A stretch of DNA of 64,000 bases from Candidatus Beckwithbacteria bacterium (GTDB lineage: Bacteria > Patescibacteriota > Microgenomatia > UBA1400 > UBA1449), in the NCBI GenBank assembly GCA_012797845.1, contig JAAZOH010000016.1:7733-71732 (forward strand), read 5' to 3'. Of the stretch, positions 47,896 through 58,248 are shown piece by piece. The notes under the pieces were generated by a model. The model was not told where the DNA came from and ran no database searches. It saw only the letters and a program-made list of their open reading frames with translations. The position numbers and the translations under genes were made by a program. Each line of letters starts with the position of its first letter. Position 1 is the stretch's first letter.

Positions 47896-50800
47896 TTAAC
47901 TTTTTTCATTCTTATAGTCTATTAAATCTCTTTTTAATTTTTCAATGTCTGTAATTTTTACTTCTCTAACTAACATATTATCAGAGTTTCTTCTTTCAAT
48001 AACTGTAAAATTTATTCCTAGAAAATTATTCAATATTCTTTTAACAATTGGAGAGTCGGGTGTATAACCATACACTCCTATAATAGCATTAATATCATCT
48101 TCTAAATGTTCAATACTAAGAGAATCTACATCTTCTGACAAAAGATTTTCAGTAGCTAACCAATTAATATCTCTAATATTATCCCTCGATGCAAAATCAC
48201 TCCATTGATGTACAATGGCAGAATTGCGTCTTCTTCTATCTCGATCTGGATCGGCACCATTATAAGAAGTATAGTAACTCAAACCTCTTCTTGGATTTGT
48301 TATTATCGAAGCTCCTCCAATATATCCTATAGGATAAGTTTTATTTGTGAGTGTTCCATCTGCTTTTTTTCTAGCCTCTTTGATCATATTGCCTAATTCT
48401 ACATCCTGAGCCACATCTGTTTCGGTATTATAACCACCCACAGCAGCATAAATAGAAGATTTTATGGCAAAATTAGCACCAGAAGAACCAACTATTTTTC
48501 TCTGTTTATCATGTCTGGCTACAGCTTCAAGAAATTGATAAAAACGATTAGCAACATGAAAACCGGGGTATTTGATATAAGCTTCTGGATTCCATTCAAT
48601 TTTTCCAAGAGCTCCATCTTGATGTTTTTTAGATGGGTTGTCAAAATTATTAATAATTGAACTAACATAGCTCCTAGAAATAAGTTCTGCATCCGCATCA
48701 TTTGCAACTAATAGGAGATCATTATTTAATGGGTTATCCCGTTTTTGCGAACGTAATAATGCCATGTCTGATACATATTTAGAAATAACCCCCATATTAG
48801 GCCTTTTTTCTGGAAATATTTTCTCGATTACTCTAATTTTTACCTCTGGATGATCTCTTTTGAATCTTTCTACTTCATCCTTAGTTTTGTCTGGAGTAGA
48901 ACTTGACGGTCTATTTAAAAATAATATTATTTCAAAATCATTAGGATTTAATTCATCCCCAGCTAGATCTGTTTGATCTGCATATTGAAGAAGAGTATTA
49001 TATATGTTTTCCCCTTCTTGATGCGAGGCTGCAGCAATACAAATAGCCACTCTACACGAATTACTCATTGGTTCATTTATTGCCGAATCCATATTATTAA
49101 GCTCTTCCAGATAACTTCTTTCTTGTTGTCTAAAATACCATCCTATTTCTTGGTTGGGATTCAGGATAATTTCTGGATTCCTACTTAACCTAGGAGAACG
49201 TCTTGATTTATAAAAATCCTTTCTTTCTTGACTAACTTCATAACCTTGATAATAAATTAACAAGTCTTTTCTCAGCAAATCTTCTAGTGGATATCTCCAT
49301 TCTAATGGTGTCGGGATAAGTGGAGCAGATTCAAAAGGTGGAGTTAGTTCAAATGCAGTTGGCAGTTTGGCTTCCAAATTAAATACTTCTTGAACTGCTG
49401 ATTCACCATGAGGTATCGCAGTCAAAATGGTTTCACCTGGAGTTTCTGCTGTAGTTCTGATAGTTTCCAATCCCTTACCAACTACGGTTGATAAAATTGT
49501 TCTCCTCCCATCAGCTTGACGGTGGGCAATTTCCAAAAAAGCTGCTTCTAAAGAAACTTTATTATCAACTACTTTAATAAGTTGACTTAGATCTGTTCCG
49601 GGAGGAACTATAAGATGGCCATCTGGAGACATTTGAGCTACTATCACTTCTTTGGCTCCTTTAAATGGAGTAAATAAAACTTCAAAATTTTGATAGATTC
49701 GACTCCCATCAGGCTTGGTGATAATATCCCCAGCCAATCGCGCGTATTCTGGATCAATTGAGCTATCCCAATTTAGTCCTCCTTCGGGTACTAAATTAGA
49801 TACCATTTTGGACATATCCACCTCTGCTGAACCATCTTTAAGAGCATGAAAGTAGGTTAAGAGTTCTTTACCATCTGCTCCAACCAATTTTCCTGCTTCG
49901 TTATAGTGCATTGGAGTATTATTGAAATGCCATAATAATTTTTTAGCTTTATCAATAGTTTGTCCAAGTCCTCTAAAATGGTCTAAAACTGGAGCATCTT
50001 TACTTACAATCTGACCTGATCCCGGAGTTTGATCCAAGTGAGTAGTAAAATCAACTCGATCTAATACCTGATGGGCTTGTCCAAGATCAATACCTGGATT
50101 ATCTTTTGGCAAAAAAGTAAGGGATCCATCACCAGCAATAGTCCCATGAAGAGAAATCCGTGGACCGTGCCAAGCTGTTCCTGGTTGAATAATAACATCA
50201 TGACCATTAACGGTCATAGTTAGCCCTGCTTTCATTCCTTCTGCTGAACCAAAAGTTTTAGTACCTCCAGCTGTAACTACTTCTTTGACTTTTTCTAAAA
50301 GCGATGGAGTATTTACAGTAGTTTTTTCAATCACTCCTACTCCAAAACCACGATTTTTCAAAATATCATGAAGAGAAGAAAGCTTTGATTGATCTCCAGT
50401 AAACTGCAGGGATTCACCTGTTAGTTTACTTACGCCAATATTATCACCACTGTAGGCATCGGCTACAAAAACCTGCTGCCCATGGTTGAGATCAAGATTG
50501 AGCCGTAAACCTTCATGTTCAAAAACCGTAGACTGACCCTGAGCCGCAGCTTCCCGAACTTGTTCTTGAAGTGAATGAGAGACTGTTTCAGTTTTACCCC
50601 AACTACCAATAATATCTTTGACGGAGACCGGTAAATTTTCTGGATTACCGGAAATGATCAGCTTGCCATTTGGTTGTGAAAATATTTTTGGTAAACCAGT
50701 CAAAGGTTGATTGGTAGTAGTATCAACTAAAGTGAGTGAGTGATCAGGGTTTATCAGTGCTTTGACATGTTCACCAAAGTTCATTTCTCCACCACTACCA

Positions 50801-53253
50801 CTTTGTTGATATAACTCAGCTAAACTAGCAATATTAGGTCCTTGGGGCCGATCACCAATATGTAACCAGCTTTCTACTGCCGTTTGACCTGTTCCACCAA
50901 GATGAATACCAGCACTATCCAAACCTCTAGCAGCTAAAGCAATTCCCTCCTGAGAGAGAATACCACCAACTAAAGCTGTAGCTCCTCCAAATGCTCCAGC
51001 TTTAACCGCTTGCCCAAGTCGATAGCTATTGAAAGCTTTATCTTTTTCTTCCTTAGTTTCTGAATATCTTTGCATCAGTTCTTGTTCTGCTATATCCAGC
51101 TCTCTAGTAATTTGAGCTGTAGCTTCAGCTCTTTTTTGTTCAAGAGTTTTATTGGGATCGATATCTTGAGCTATACGCGCTTCAATCAATTGTTGTTTAG
51201 CTTCAACTACCACTTTAACCAGTTCAAGTCGCTGTGAAGCTGTTGAGTAGCGACCAACTTCTGGAGTATTAGTATCAAAAGAAATTAAATCAGTTTTAGT
51301 TTCAATGCCAAAGTTGATCCTGGCATTAATTTCAGCAGCTTTTTTAAGCAGAGCCTCTCGATGTTCTTGCTCACTTAAATCTTGACTAATTAAAGCATCC
51401 ATTTGACCTAATAAGCCTTTAGCAGTAACCCGAACCTTATCCTCATCAAGCATATTACTAAATTCATTAAGCCTATCTCTTCGAGGAGTAGGTGTGTCTC
51501 CAGGGTAAAATCCAGCTGCGCTTTCTAGTTCTTGCATTTCTCTGTCGTTTTTAAGATCGGTCCAACGCCGTAATCCAGCAAACACTGCTCCAGTTGTAGC
51601 TCCTATAGCCAGTCCAATTCCAGGTACTTTAGCTGCCAAACCTGAAGCGCTACTACCTGCTCTTAATACTGAACGCACCCCACCACTAGCTAATCCTGAT
51701 ATAACTCCAATTGCTAAAGGATTAGCTAGCCAACCTCTAAATTTACCTGACTTAGTCCAATTCATGTAGCGTTCAATTTTACTAAAGTCAGCATCAGTAC
51801 TTGTTGCCATAAAAGCTCGACCAAATTGAATAGTCAACATATCATCAAGTCGACCTAAAACATCATGACCAGCTTCTTGCCATCCCTTGACTTCCTCAGC
51901 TATGTCTTTAATATTGGCCGCTATAAAATCAGAGTTTTTAACATAATCAGGAATATCATCTATAGCTTTAATACTTTCAACTAGTTCTTCAACTTTTTGA
52001 TCAAGTTCTTCAGGTCTAATGTTTCCTTGAGCATATTCAGAAATCAAGCCTTGTATACCTTGTTGGACTTCATTACTTAGATTAACTTCTGCCGTTTCTC
52101 CAGAAAAAGTTTTTACCTCATCTCTTCCTATCATCCCAAATCGTTCTAATGTAGACCGAGACTGAGTTTCAGCCAACCTTTTACCTTGATTAATTTCTCT
52201 AGCTGCCCCAGTCACATCATCAAGTTCTAAAAATTGATGGCCAGCTGTAATTTGAGCTGCCATTAATTCTTGAGTTTTTTTAGTTACAAAATAACGCTCA
52301 AATAATTTGAATCTGATATTGGGTATTGATTTAAGAGCAGCTAAAGGCATTTCATACCACTTTTTAGCTCTTTCGCCCCGCATTTTGTTATGTGTCCAGC
52401 GTAGCGCTGCTTCATAAGCTTGGCGTTTAGCATCATGACTGGTATCAACCAGAGACACTACTAATTTTTCCGGAGGAACAACTGGTTCAGTTACTGTTGG
52501 TGGAACTGGAATGGTTACGGCAGCAGAATCATCTTCATCTCCATTTTCTTCTGGTTCATCTGAATCTCTGCTCGACTCAGGTGGCTCTACAACAATGGGA
52601 GATTCTGGATCTGGGTTATCAGATCTAACTGGTCTTGGTTCAGTTGGAGGATACACCATCCAACGGGAAAGTAAAATTTTATGAGCTTCTATTTTACTTG
52701 GACCAGTAAAATTACCATCTAAACCTCTTTCTACTACTCCCATAGGATCATTAAGTTCCTCCATTTCTTCCAGTTCTTTGACTGCCCGTGCTTCAATTAA
52801 GCTATGTTGCCATGCTTCAGGTAAACTTCCATAACTTTTAAGTTGTTTTTTACCACCACTTGTTAAAGTTCGATAAATCGTATGTAGCCATTCCAATCTT
52901 TCTGGGTTTGGAGTTGCTTTTATCGACTCTCTTTGAATTTCGTTTAAAGTAGTTAATAAAATTTGAGTAACTTGAATTCCTTCGTTATATCGCTTTTTTC
53001 TACCATCATTAGTTTGAACTTCAATCCGCACACCACTAGTTCTTCTTTGTTTAAGCTGCTCACCTCTTTTTTTATTCAATGCTATTTCATATTTAACTTC
53101 ACTAGTCTGTTCACTTGTTGGTAGCTCTTCCAATAATTGTCTACCTTTCTCCAACGCCCAAAAGACTTCTTCTCTTGTAGGCTGATACTCTTGATTACTT
53201 TCAACAGCTCGATTGATTTCAGCATGCTGGTTAGGAGATAAGATTTCAACCAT
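47896..53253 (-). CDS. Giant multidomain protein (1785 aa) with C-terminal GT2-like glycosyltransferase domain
   Basis: C-terminus VAICIAA..QEGENI, FEIILFLN, LVANDADA (DxD), SSGANFAIKSSIYAAVGGY, QDVELG; central Gly/Ala-rich hydrophobic helices; no signal peptide. Confidence 0.75.
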   Translation of the reverse strand: MVEILSPNQHAEINRAVESNQEYQPTREEVFWALEKGRQLLEELPTSEQTSEVKYEIALNKKRGEQLKQRRTSGVRIEVQTNDGRKKRYNEGIQVTQILLTTLNEIQRESIKATPNPERLEWLHTIYRTLTSGGKKQLKSYGSLPEAWQHSLIEARAVKELEEMEELNDPMGVVERGLDGNFTGPSKIEAHKILLSRWMVYPPTEPRPVRSDNPDPESPIVVEPPESSRDSDEPEENGDEDDSAAVTIPVPPTVTEPVVPPEKLVVSLVDTSHDAKRQAYEAALRWTHNKMRGERAKKWYEMPLAALKSIPNIRFKLFERYFVTKKTQELMAAQITAGHQFLELDDVTGAAREINQGKRLAETQSRSTLERFGMIGRDEVKTFSGETAEVNLSNEVQQGIQGLISEYAQGNIRPEELDQKVEELVESIKAIDDIPDYVKNSDFIAANIKDIAEEVKGWQEAGHDVLGRLDDMLTIQFGRAFMATSTDADFSKIERYMNWTKSGKFRGWLANPLAIGVISGLASGGVRSVLRAGSSASGLAAKVPGIGLAIGATTGAVFAGLRRWTDLKNDREMQELESAAGFYPGDTPTPRRDRLNEFSNMLDEDKVRVTAKGLLGQMDALISQDLSEQEHREALLKKAAEINARINFGIETKTDLISFDTNTPEVGRYSTASQRLELVKVVVEAKQQLIEARIAQDIDPNKTLEQKRAEATAQITRELDIAEQELMQRYSETKEEKDKAFNSYRLGQAVKAGAFGGATALVGGILSQEGIALAARGLDSAGIHLGGTGQTAVESWLHIGDRPQGPNIASLAELYQQSGSGGEMNFGEHVKALINPDHSLTLVDTTTNQPLTGLPKIFSQPNGKLIISGNPENLPVSVKDIIGSWGKTETVSHSLQEQVREAAAQGQSTVFEHEGLRLNLDLNHGQQVFVADAYSGDNIGVSKLTGESLQFTGDQSKLSSLHDILKNRGFGVGVIEKTTVNTPSLLEKVKEVVTAGGTKTFGSAEGMKAGLTMTVNGHDVIIQPGTAWHGPRISLHGTIAGDGSLTFLPKDNPGIDLGQAHQVLDRVDFTTHLDQTPGSGQIVSKDAPVLDHFRGLGQTIDKAKKLLWHFNNTPMHYNEAGKLVGADGKELLTYFHALKDGSAEVDMSKMVSNLVPEGGLNWDSSIDPEYARLAGDIITKPDGSRIYQNFEVLFTPFKGAKEVIVAQMSPDGHLIVPPGTDLSQLIKVVDNKVSLEAAFLEIAHRQADGRRTILSTVVGKGLETIRTTAETPGETILTAIPHGESAVQEVFNLEAKLPTAFELTPPFESAPLIPTPLEWRYPLEDLLRKDLLIYYQGYEVSQERKDFYKSRRSPRLSRNPEIILNPNQEIGWYFRQQERSYLEELNNMDSAINEPMSNSCRVAICIAAASHQEGENIYNTLLQYADQTDLAGDELNPNDFEIILFLNRPSSSTPDKTKDEVERFKRDHPEVKIRVIEKIFPEKRPNMGVISKYVSDMALLRSQKRDNPLNNDLLLVANDADAELISRSYVSSIINNFDNPSKKHQDGALGKIEWNPEAYIKYPGFHVANRFYQFLEAVARHDKQRKIVGSSGANFAIKSSIYAAVGGYNTETDVAQDVELGNMIKEARKKADGTLTNKTYPIGYIGGASIITNPRRGLSYYTSYNGADPDRDRRRRNSAIVHQWSDFASRDNIRDINWLATENLLSEDVDSLSIEHLEDDINAIIGVYGYTPDSPIVKRILNNFLGINFTVIERRNSDNMLVREVKITDIEKLKRDLIDYKNEKS

Positions 53254-53256
53254 ATC

Positions 53257-53667
53257 TTAGTTTGCTGAAGAATTTTGTGACATAGACTGAGGCTCAGATT
53301 TTGTTTCTTGGATATCACTTAAAAAGAAATTGCGAAAATCCATAAAACTCTGGGCAAATACCTCTTTAGCATTGGGGATTTTTTCAGTGATAAACTGTTC
53401 CATTTCCTGTTTACCTTTACCGGATTGAACTAGTTCAATAAATTGATCAACTTGCTCTGGCTGCATGTTTTCGATAGCATCAGCTATGATTTTTTTCTCA
53501 AGTCTGGCATATAAATCTCCAATCATGGCAGCTTTAAGATCATCAGTCAAAACCATACCCGCATCCTCGAGTAATTGATTAAGAAAAGCCTCAATATCTG
53601 ATGGGATTTGTTCTACAGGTGAACTAGCTTGGGTATGACTAGTATTTTGATCGTTAGTATCATTCAT
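53257..53667 (-). CDS. Small acidic helical protein (DUF5663-like)
   Basis: Acidic and all-helical (LYARLEKKI...EQFITEKIPN); SD AAGGAGG; stop lies 3 nt before the giant gene. Confidence 0.65.
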   Translation of the reverse strand: MNDTNDQNTSHTQASSPVEQIPSDIEAFLNQLLEDAGMVLTDDLKAAMIGDLYARLEKKIIADAIENMQPEQVDQFIELVQSGKGKQEMEQFITEKIPNAKEVFAQSFMDFRNFFLSDIQETKSEPQSMSQNSSAN

Positions 53668-53677
53668 AAAAAGCCTC

Positions 53678-53700
53678 CTTTATACTAGAATAGTATAAAG
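53678..53700. promoter_or_regulatory. Perfect palindrome with a TATACT box on each strand between divergent genes
   Basis: CTTTATACTA-GAA-TAGTATAAAG. Confidence 0.6.
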
Positions 53701-53715
53701 ATAAAAATAAAGTCA

Positions 53716-54459
53716 ATGACTTCTGTTATCAAAATTATTTCCAGTATATTGCAAAACATTGGTTTGATATCAATGTATTGGTTAGTGTTTTTATGTCTTA
53801 TACAACTATTACTTTTATATCTACTCACAAGATATTATTTAGGAAGTTTATACCGATTTTTTTTATTAATTACTAAGTCATCGAATTGGGCTATGAGGTT
53901 TTCAGCTGTTTTTTTATTACCAGGTACTGTTATCCACGAACTATCTCACTATTTAGTAGCAGAAATTCTTCAAGTTCGTACAGGAAACATTAATTTATAT
54001 CCTGCTAAAAATGAGGAGGGTAAATTACGCCTTGGCAGTGTAGCTATTGCTCAAACCGATCCATTTCGGAAAATTTTAATTGGTACTGCGCCATTATGGA
54101 CAGGCTTGGGTATAATAGCTGCTCTAATATATATCATTGTAGATAAAATACCGCCACTTTTTTTCTTGATTCTGATTTTCACTGCTATTTTTTTAATTGC
54201 TAGTACTATGTTCTCTTCCAAAAAAGATCTGACCGATATGTTTGTCCCTACTTTTTTACTTTTTATTATTTGGCTGTTTTTATACCTGACTAAAACTGCT
54301 TTACCTGAAGCAGTTATCACTTTTTTTTCTCATATACTCATTAGCCTCAACTTAGGCTTATTGGTTACGCTTGCCATTTATCTTATATTTTTATGTTTGC
54401 TTTATATGGCAACTCGTTTATTCAGTCTGATTTTAAAAAGAAAAATTATTACCAAATAA
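53716..54459 (+). CDS. M50-like intramembrane metallopeptidase
   Basis: LPGTVIHELSH (HExxH) within a TM context, LGSV, IGTAP, SxxD; polytopic. Confidence 0.75.
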   Translation: MTSVIKIISSILQNIGLISMYWLVFLCLIQLLLLYLLTRYYLGSLYRFFLLITKSSNWAMRFSAVFLLPGTVIHELSHYLVAEILQVRTGNINLYPAKNEEGKLRLGSVAIAQTDPFRKILIGTAPLWTGLGIIAALIYIIVDKIPPLFFLILIFTAIFLIASTMFSSKKDLTDMFVPTFLLFIIWLFLYLTKTALPEAVITFFSHILISLNLGLLVTLAIYLIFLCLLYMATRLFSLILKRKIITK

Positions 54460-54505
54460 ATCACATGCAAATGACTACCTCTACTTCTCTTGATACAATA
54501 AGTCT

Positions 54506-57241
54506 ATGGTAGACTCTTCTCCACAATTGCAATTACGTGATCAGGCTCAAGCTCGAGCTTTAATTACCCTACTACTCTCTGATCAGAAAGAACCTTTTAC
54601 TATCAATACTCAGCCGTATTCTAGACAGCAATGCTTAGAGGCTTTGCAGGCATATTTAACATCAACCTTAGAAAGACAATGGACTATAGATCAACTTGAT
54701 AATGCCACTGAACTTTCAAAGATTGAAGCCGAATTAGAGGCTTCTTATGAAGAAGAAATTGAAGCTCCAAGTCTGCCTCAAAATTTACAAGAATTGATTC
54801 ATTTTCAAAAAGAAGCAGCTGAACGCAGACAAACTTTGGCAGCCCATAAAGATCTTGACTTAGCTCACATCTCAGTTAAACAAAATGTGGCTTTAGCTCA
54901 AAAATATCGAGAACTACTCGAAAAAGCTAAAGCTTTTAGTCAGGATTCCAGTAATTTAAAAACTGAGGTTGAAACACAAACGATTCAAGAGCGATTGGGC
55001 CGTCAATCAGAAATTGGTAAAGAACTACAAGACAGTTCACTTGCCTATGGTACGCAAATTGCCTTAGAAGAAATCGGTGAACAACTAGTTCGATCAACTG
55101 ATCCAAAGCAAGCCACCATAAATGATCAAGCTGTAAGTTCCAAAATAGCCCTAGATCCTAGAATGGGAACACAAGCAACTAATCCGGTTTTGTATCAAGA
55201 AATACGCAAAACTATTAATCGGCTCAATGAAAACCCTCAACAAAAAAAGCAATTTAGAGATGCCTATATACTTCATAAAGCGGCTCTAGCTGCTACCACC
55301 CCAACCTATACTCAGCTTATCGATGTGTTTGAAGGCGAGGGCCATATGTCAAGAGCTCAAGCTCGACATGCTATGAGTTATTTTACGACTCTAATTGAAA
55401 GTGGTGTGGTCTATAATCAAGCTTTTTTTGAAGCCGGTGAGAGAGCCAGTTCTGGTTTTCAAAGACTAGTTTCGCAAAAATATTACCGTAACCCTAGTTT
55501 ATACAGCCATCTCTTTAGAGGTTTAGAGCAATATCAGCAATACCGCCCAGGCGTACGTAACAATCAAGGTATTATCAATTCTCAAACTGAGCTAACTAGT
55601 CAAGTTGGCAAAGGTGAAAGTACTATCACTTTAGATCAGCTCACAGAAATGATTAATAGGGGATTAGCTCCAGGAGAAGAAGTTTCTCCCACCCAAGTTT
55701 TAGTCCATTTTATGGGTGGCCAAGATGTATTTTATGCAAGTAGTCAAACATTGATTGACAGCCTAGATTCTAATGAAGAACAAAAGAAGCTTCGTTCTTT
55801 CTTATTAGATCAGCAAACTGACTTTACCAATAGTTCTCATAGAATTAGCCAATCAATTACTCATCAAGGTGGTTTTATATCTCAATTTTCTTCCAGTTTC
55901 AAACCGGTCGAACGCCATCAATTTTCGGCTTTTTCACTACTCACTGTTACTGCTTCCAGTATGGCTACAACTGGTTTTGCTTTTGCTACCCACACTGATA
56001 CCAGCAGTTTTAATCTTTTTAGAAATACTAATAATTTTTTAAACAACTCTTTATCTGGTAGATTAGTCAACTATGGCATGGGTAAGGTAGGTGAATGGGC
56101 TCTTGGAGCCGCAGCTTCCACTGGTCTTAAAAAAACTTTTGGTAAGTTAGCAGTTGGTGGCTTAACTAAATTGGCAGGAGCTTTGGGAGTTAATATCATA
56201 CCAGTTGTTGGTCAAGCTGTGTCCGCAGTCATGCTAGCCAAACAAATAGTCGACATTGCCGAACAGCTTCCGGTTGTAGGAAAGGCAGTAGGTTTCGGAA
56301 AGAGATTTTGGTGGGTCTTACCTGCAACTTTACTAGCTGGATTAATTGCTCTTATTGCTAAATTACTCAACTTAATTCTTTCTATTGCTGGGACTGTTGG
56401 ACCTCCAATGCTTATTTTAGGATTAGCAACTGCTAATCCTCTTTTAATAATTCCTGGTCTTGCTTTGACTGTGATTGGTCACTGGCCTACTATTAGTAAG
56501 TTTTTTAGTAATCTTTTTCAGGGTGCTAATAATCTTGGTACTAAGGTTTTAAATCTCTTTGGGGCAGGGGCTTCTGAAGCTGCTAGTGGCGGCATGTTCC
56601 CTGCTTTTGTTCATGCCCCGCTTATAGCTGTGGGGGCAGTTGGTATAACCACAACTTTTTTGTATATCAACCTTATTTCAGCATTTCGATTACCTCCATT
56701 TGATACATTACAAGATGTCTATAATAAAATTGATAATTTAACCCAGTTTGAGCCAGGTATGCCTGAATGTTGGCCAGTTAGCGGGTATGTCACCCAAGGT
56801 ATGAATACTGGAGATAGCCATACTGGAGTGGTGCTTAATTCTATCGATATTGGCGGTAACGATGGAGCAGATGTTCACGCAACTCACAATGGAGTAGTAG
56901 TAGAAGCCGGATGGAATAGTACTGGCTATGGAAAACTGGTTCGGATTGAGGGTACAACTGGAGGACTTCCTTTTACAACCTATTATGCTCATCTTGAAAC
57001 TATCACTGTAAACGAAGGAGCTACAGTTAAAAAAGGCCAAGTTATCGGCACAGTTGATAGTACCGGTAATTCTGAAGGCCCACATTTACATTATGAATTG
57101 CGAGGTTTGGGTTCAATAGCGGATACTATTTTACTGTCCGGATGCATCGATGAAGCAAGTGCTGATAGAATTGAAAACGGAAAGTGTATTGGCCAAGCAA
57201 GCTGTAATTTTACTATTAGTCAAATTGTCCAACCAGAATGA
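54506..57241 (+). CDS. Large membrane protein with C-terminal M23 peptidase
   Basis: WPVSGYVTQG, H..(N)SIDI, GYGKLVRI, YYAHL, TGNSEGPHLHYE; Gly-rich TM region; long helical N-terminus. Confidence 0.88.
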   Translation: MVDSSPQLQLRDQAQARALITLLLSDQKEPFTINTQPYSRQQCLEALQAYLTSTLERQWTIDQLDNATELSKIEAELEASYEEEIEAPSLPQNLQELIHFQKEAAERRQTLAAHKDLDLAHISVKQNVALAQKYRELLEKAKAFSQDSSNLKTEVETQTIQERLGRQSEIGKELQDSSLAYGTQIALEEIGEQLVRSTDPKQATINDQAVSSKIALDPRMGTQATNPVLYQEIRKTINRLNENPQQKKQFRDAYILHKAALAATTPTYTQLIDVFEGEGHMSRAQARHAMSYFTTLIESGVVYNQAFFEAGERASSGFQRLVSQKYYRNPSLYSHLFRGLEQYQQYRPGVRNNQGIINSQTELTSQVGKGESTITLDQLTEMINRGLAPGEEVSPTQVLVHFMGGQDVFYASSQTLIDSLDSNEEQKKLRSFLLDQQTDFTNSSHRISQSITHQGGFISQFSSSFKPVERHQFSAFSLLTVTASSMATTGFAFATHTDTSSFNLFRNTNNFLNNSLSGRLVNYGMGKVGEWALGAAASTGLKKTFGKLAVGGLTKLAGALGVNIIPVVGQAVSAVMLAKQIVDIAEQLPVVGKAVGFGKRFWWVLPATLLAGLIALIAKLLNLILSIAGTVGPPMLILGLATANPLLIIPGLALTVIGHWPTISKFFSNLFQGANNLGTKVLNLFGAGASEAASGGMFPAFVHAPLIAVGAVGITTTFLYINLISAFRLPPFDTLQDVYNKIDNLTQFEPGMPECWPVSGYVTQGMNTGDSHTGVVLNSIDIGGNDGADVHATHNGVVVEAGWNSTGYGKLVRIEGTTGGLPFTTYYAHLETITVNEGATVKKGQVIGTVDSTGNSEGPHLHYELRGLGSIADTILLSGCIDEASADRIENGKCIGQASCNFTISQIVQPE

Positions 57242-58248
57242 AAAAAAAATATATCTTTATACTTATAATAGCTCTTGTAATTATAGTTATTGTTGGGATT
57301 ATATTAGCTTGGCAAAAACAAACTAATCAAATTGCAGTTAATACCCTTCCTAAACCTTCAGTTAAACCTACTACCACTCAACTTAATCTTACATATCAAT
57401 ATGTAGGTGAACTGCCAACATTTAACAAGCAAATTACAATTTACAGTACTGGGAAAGACGAAGCATTTTCATCACAGGAAATTCAGGAATATGGTCAAAA
57501 ATTTGGTTTTACCAACAGTTCAAAGCAGTTACAAGATATTTCTGGTATTGTGTATTCTTTCAAACAAAATGATTTGTCATTGAGCATATTTTCAAACCCA
57601 CCTTCATTATCATACCGTAATTTTACTTCTCCAGGTTCAAACAAGCTTAGTCAAAAAGATTTGGTTGCTAAAGCCCAGGAGTTCTTGGATACCGCTCAAA
57701 TAATAGGTAAACAGGTTATGTTAAGCACTCCCTATTTACAACCAATTGCTGGTAGTCAAACTGGAGAAGGTCTTTTAAAAACAACGATGGATCAAGCTAG
57801 TTATGTAGAAATAAACTATAATTTAGTTCTTGATAAGCTGCCAATTATCCCTAAAGACCGTCAAAGTTATCCAATTACATTGCTACTCAATTTGGATGGA
57901 AGTATTCGCAAGGCTAGTCTAACAATTTTTACTAAAGAACTTTCTTCTCTTGGTAAAGTCACACCTGCAGAACCAGCAGCTGCCCTTCAGGCTATTAATG
58001 CTGGTGGTGGTTTACTAAGTAAATTTAGCAACCCCAACCAAGCTTATACTGAAATTGATAGCAATATGATTTCTACAGCTACTCTTAGGTCGTTGGAATT
58101 GGTTTATTTGTATGATTATGATACAAATACTCTCCAACCCTACTATCGTTTTTCCGGAACTGCAAATACCACAAGTGCTGAATTGATTGAAATTGAAGTG
58201 TTAATTACTGCCTTACCACAGGAGGTCTTTCAACAAGAAAACAATTAG
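57238..58248 (+). CDS. Membrane-anchored extracellular hypothetical protein
   Basis: N-terminal KKK plus TM anchor and beta-rich ectodomain (LELVY...LQPYYRFSG); ATGA-coupled to the M23 gene. Confidence 0.7.
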   Translation: MKKKYIFILIIALVIIVIVGIILAWQKQTNQIAVNTLPKPSVKPTTTQLNLTYQYVGELPTFNKQITIYSTGKDEAFSSQEIQEYGQKFGFTNSSKQLQDISGIVYSFKQNDLSLSIFSNPPSLSYRNFTSPGSNKLSQKDLVAKAQEFLDTAQIIGKQVMLSTPYLQPIAGSQTGEGLLKTTMDQASYVEINYNLVLDKLPIIPKDRQSYPITLLLNLDGSIRKASLTIFTKELSSLGKVTPAEPAAALQAINAGGGLLSKFSNPNQAYTEIDSNMISTATLRSLELVYLYDYDTNTLQPYYRFSGTANTTSAELIEIEVLITALPQEVFQQENN

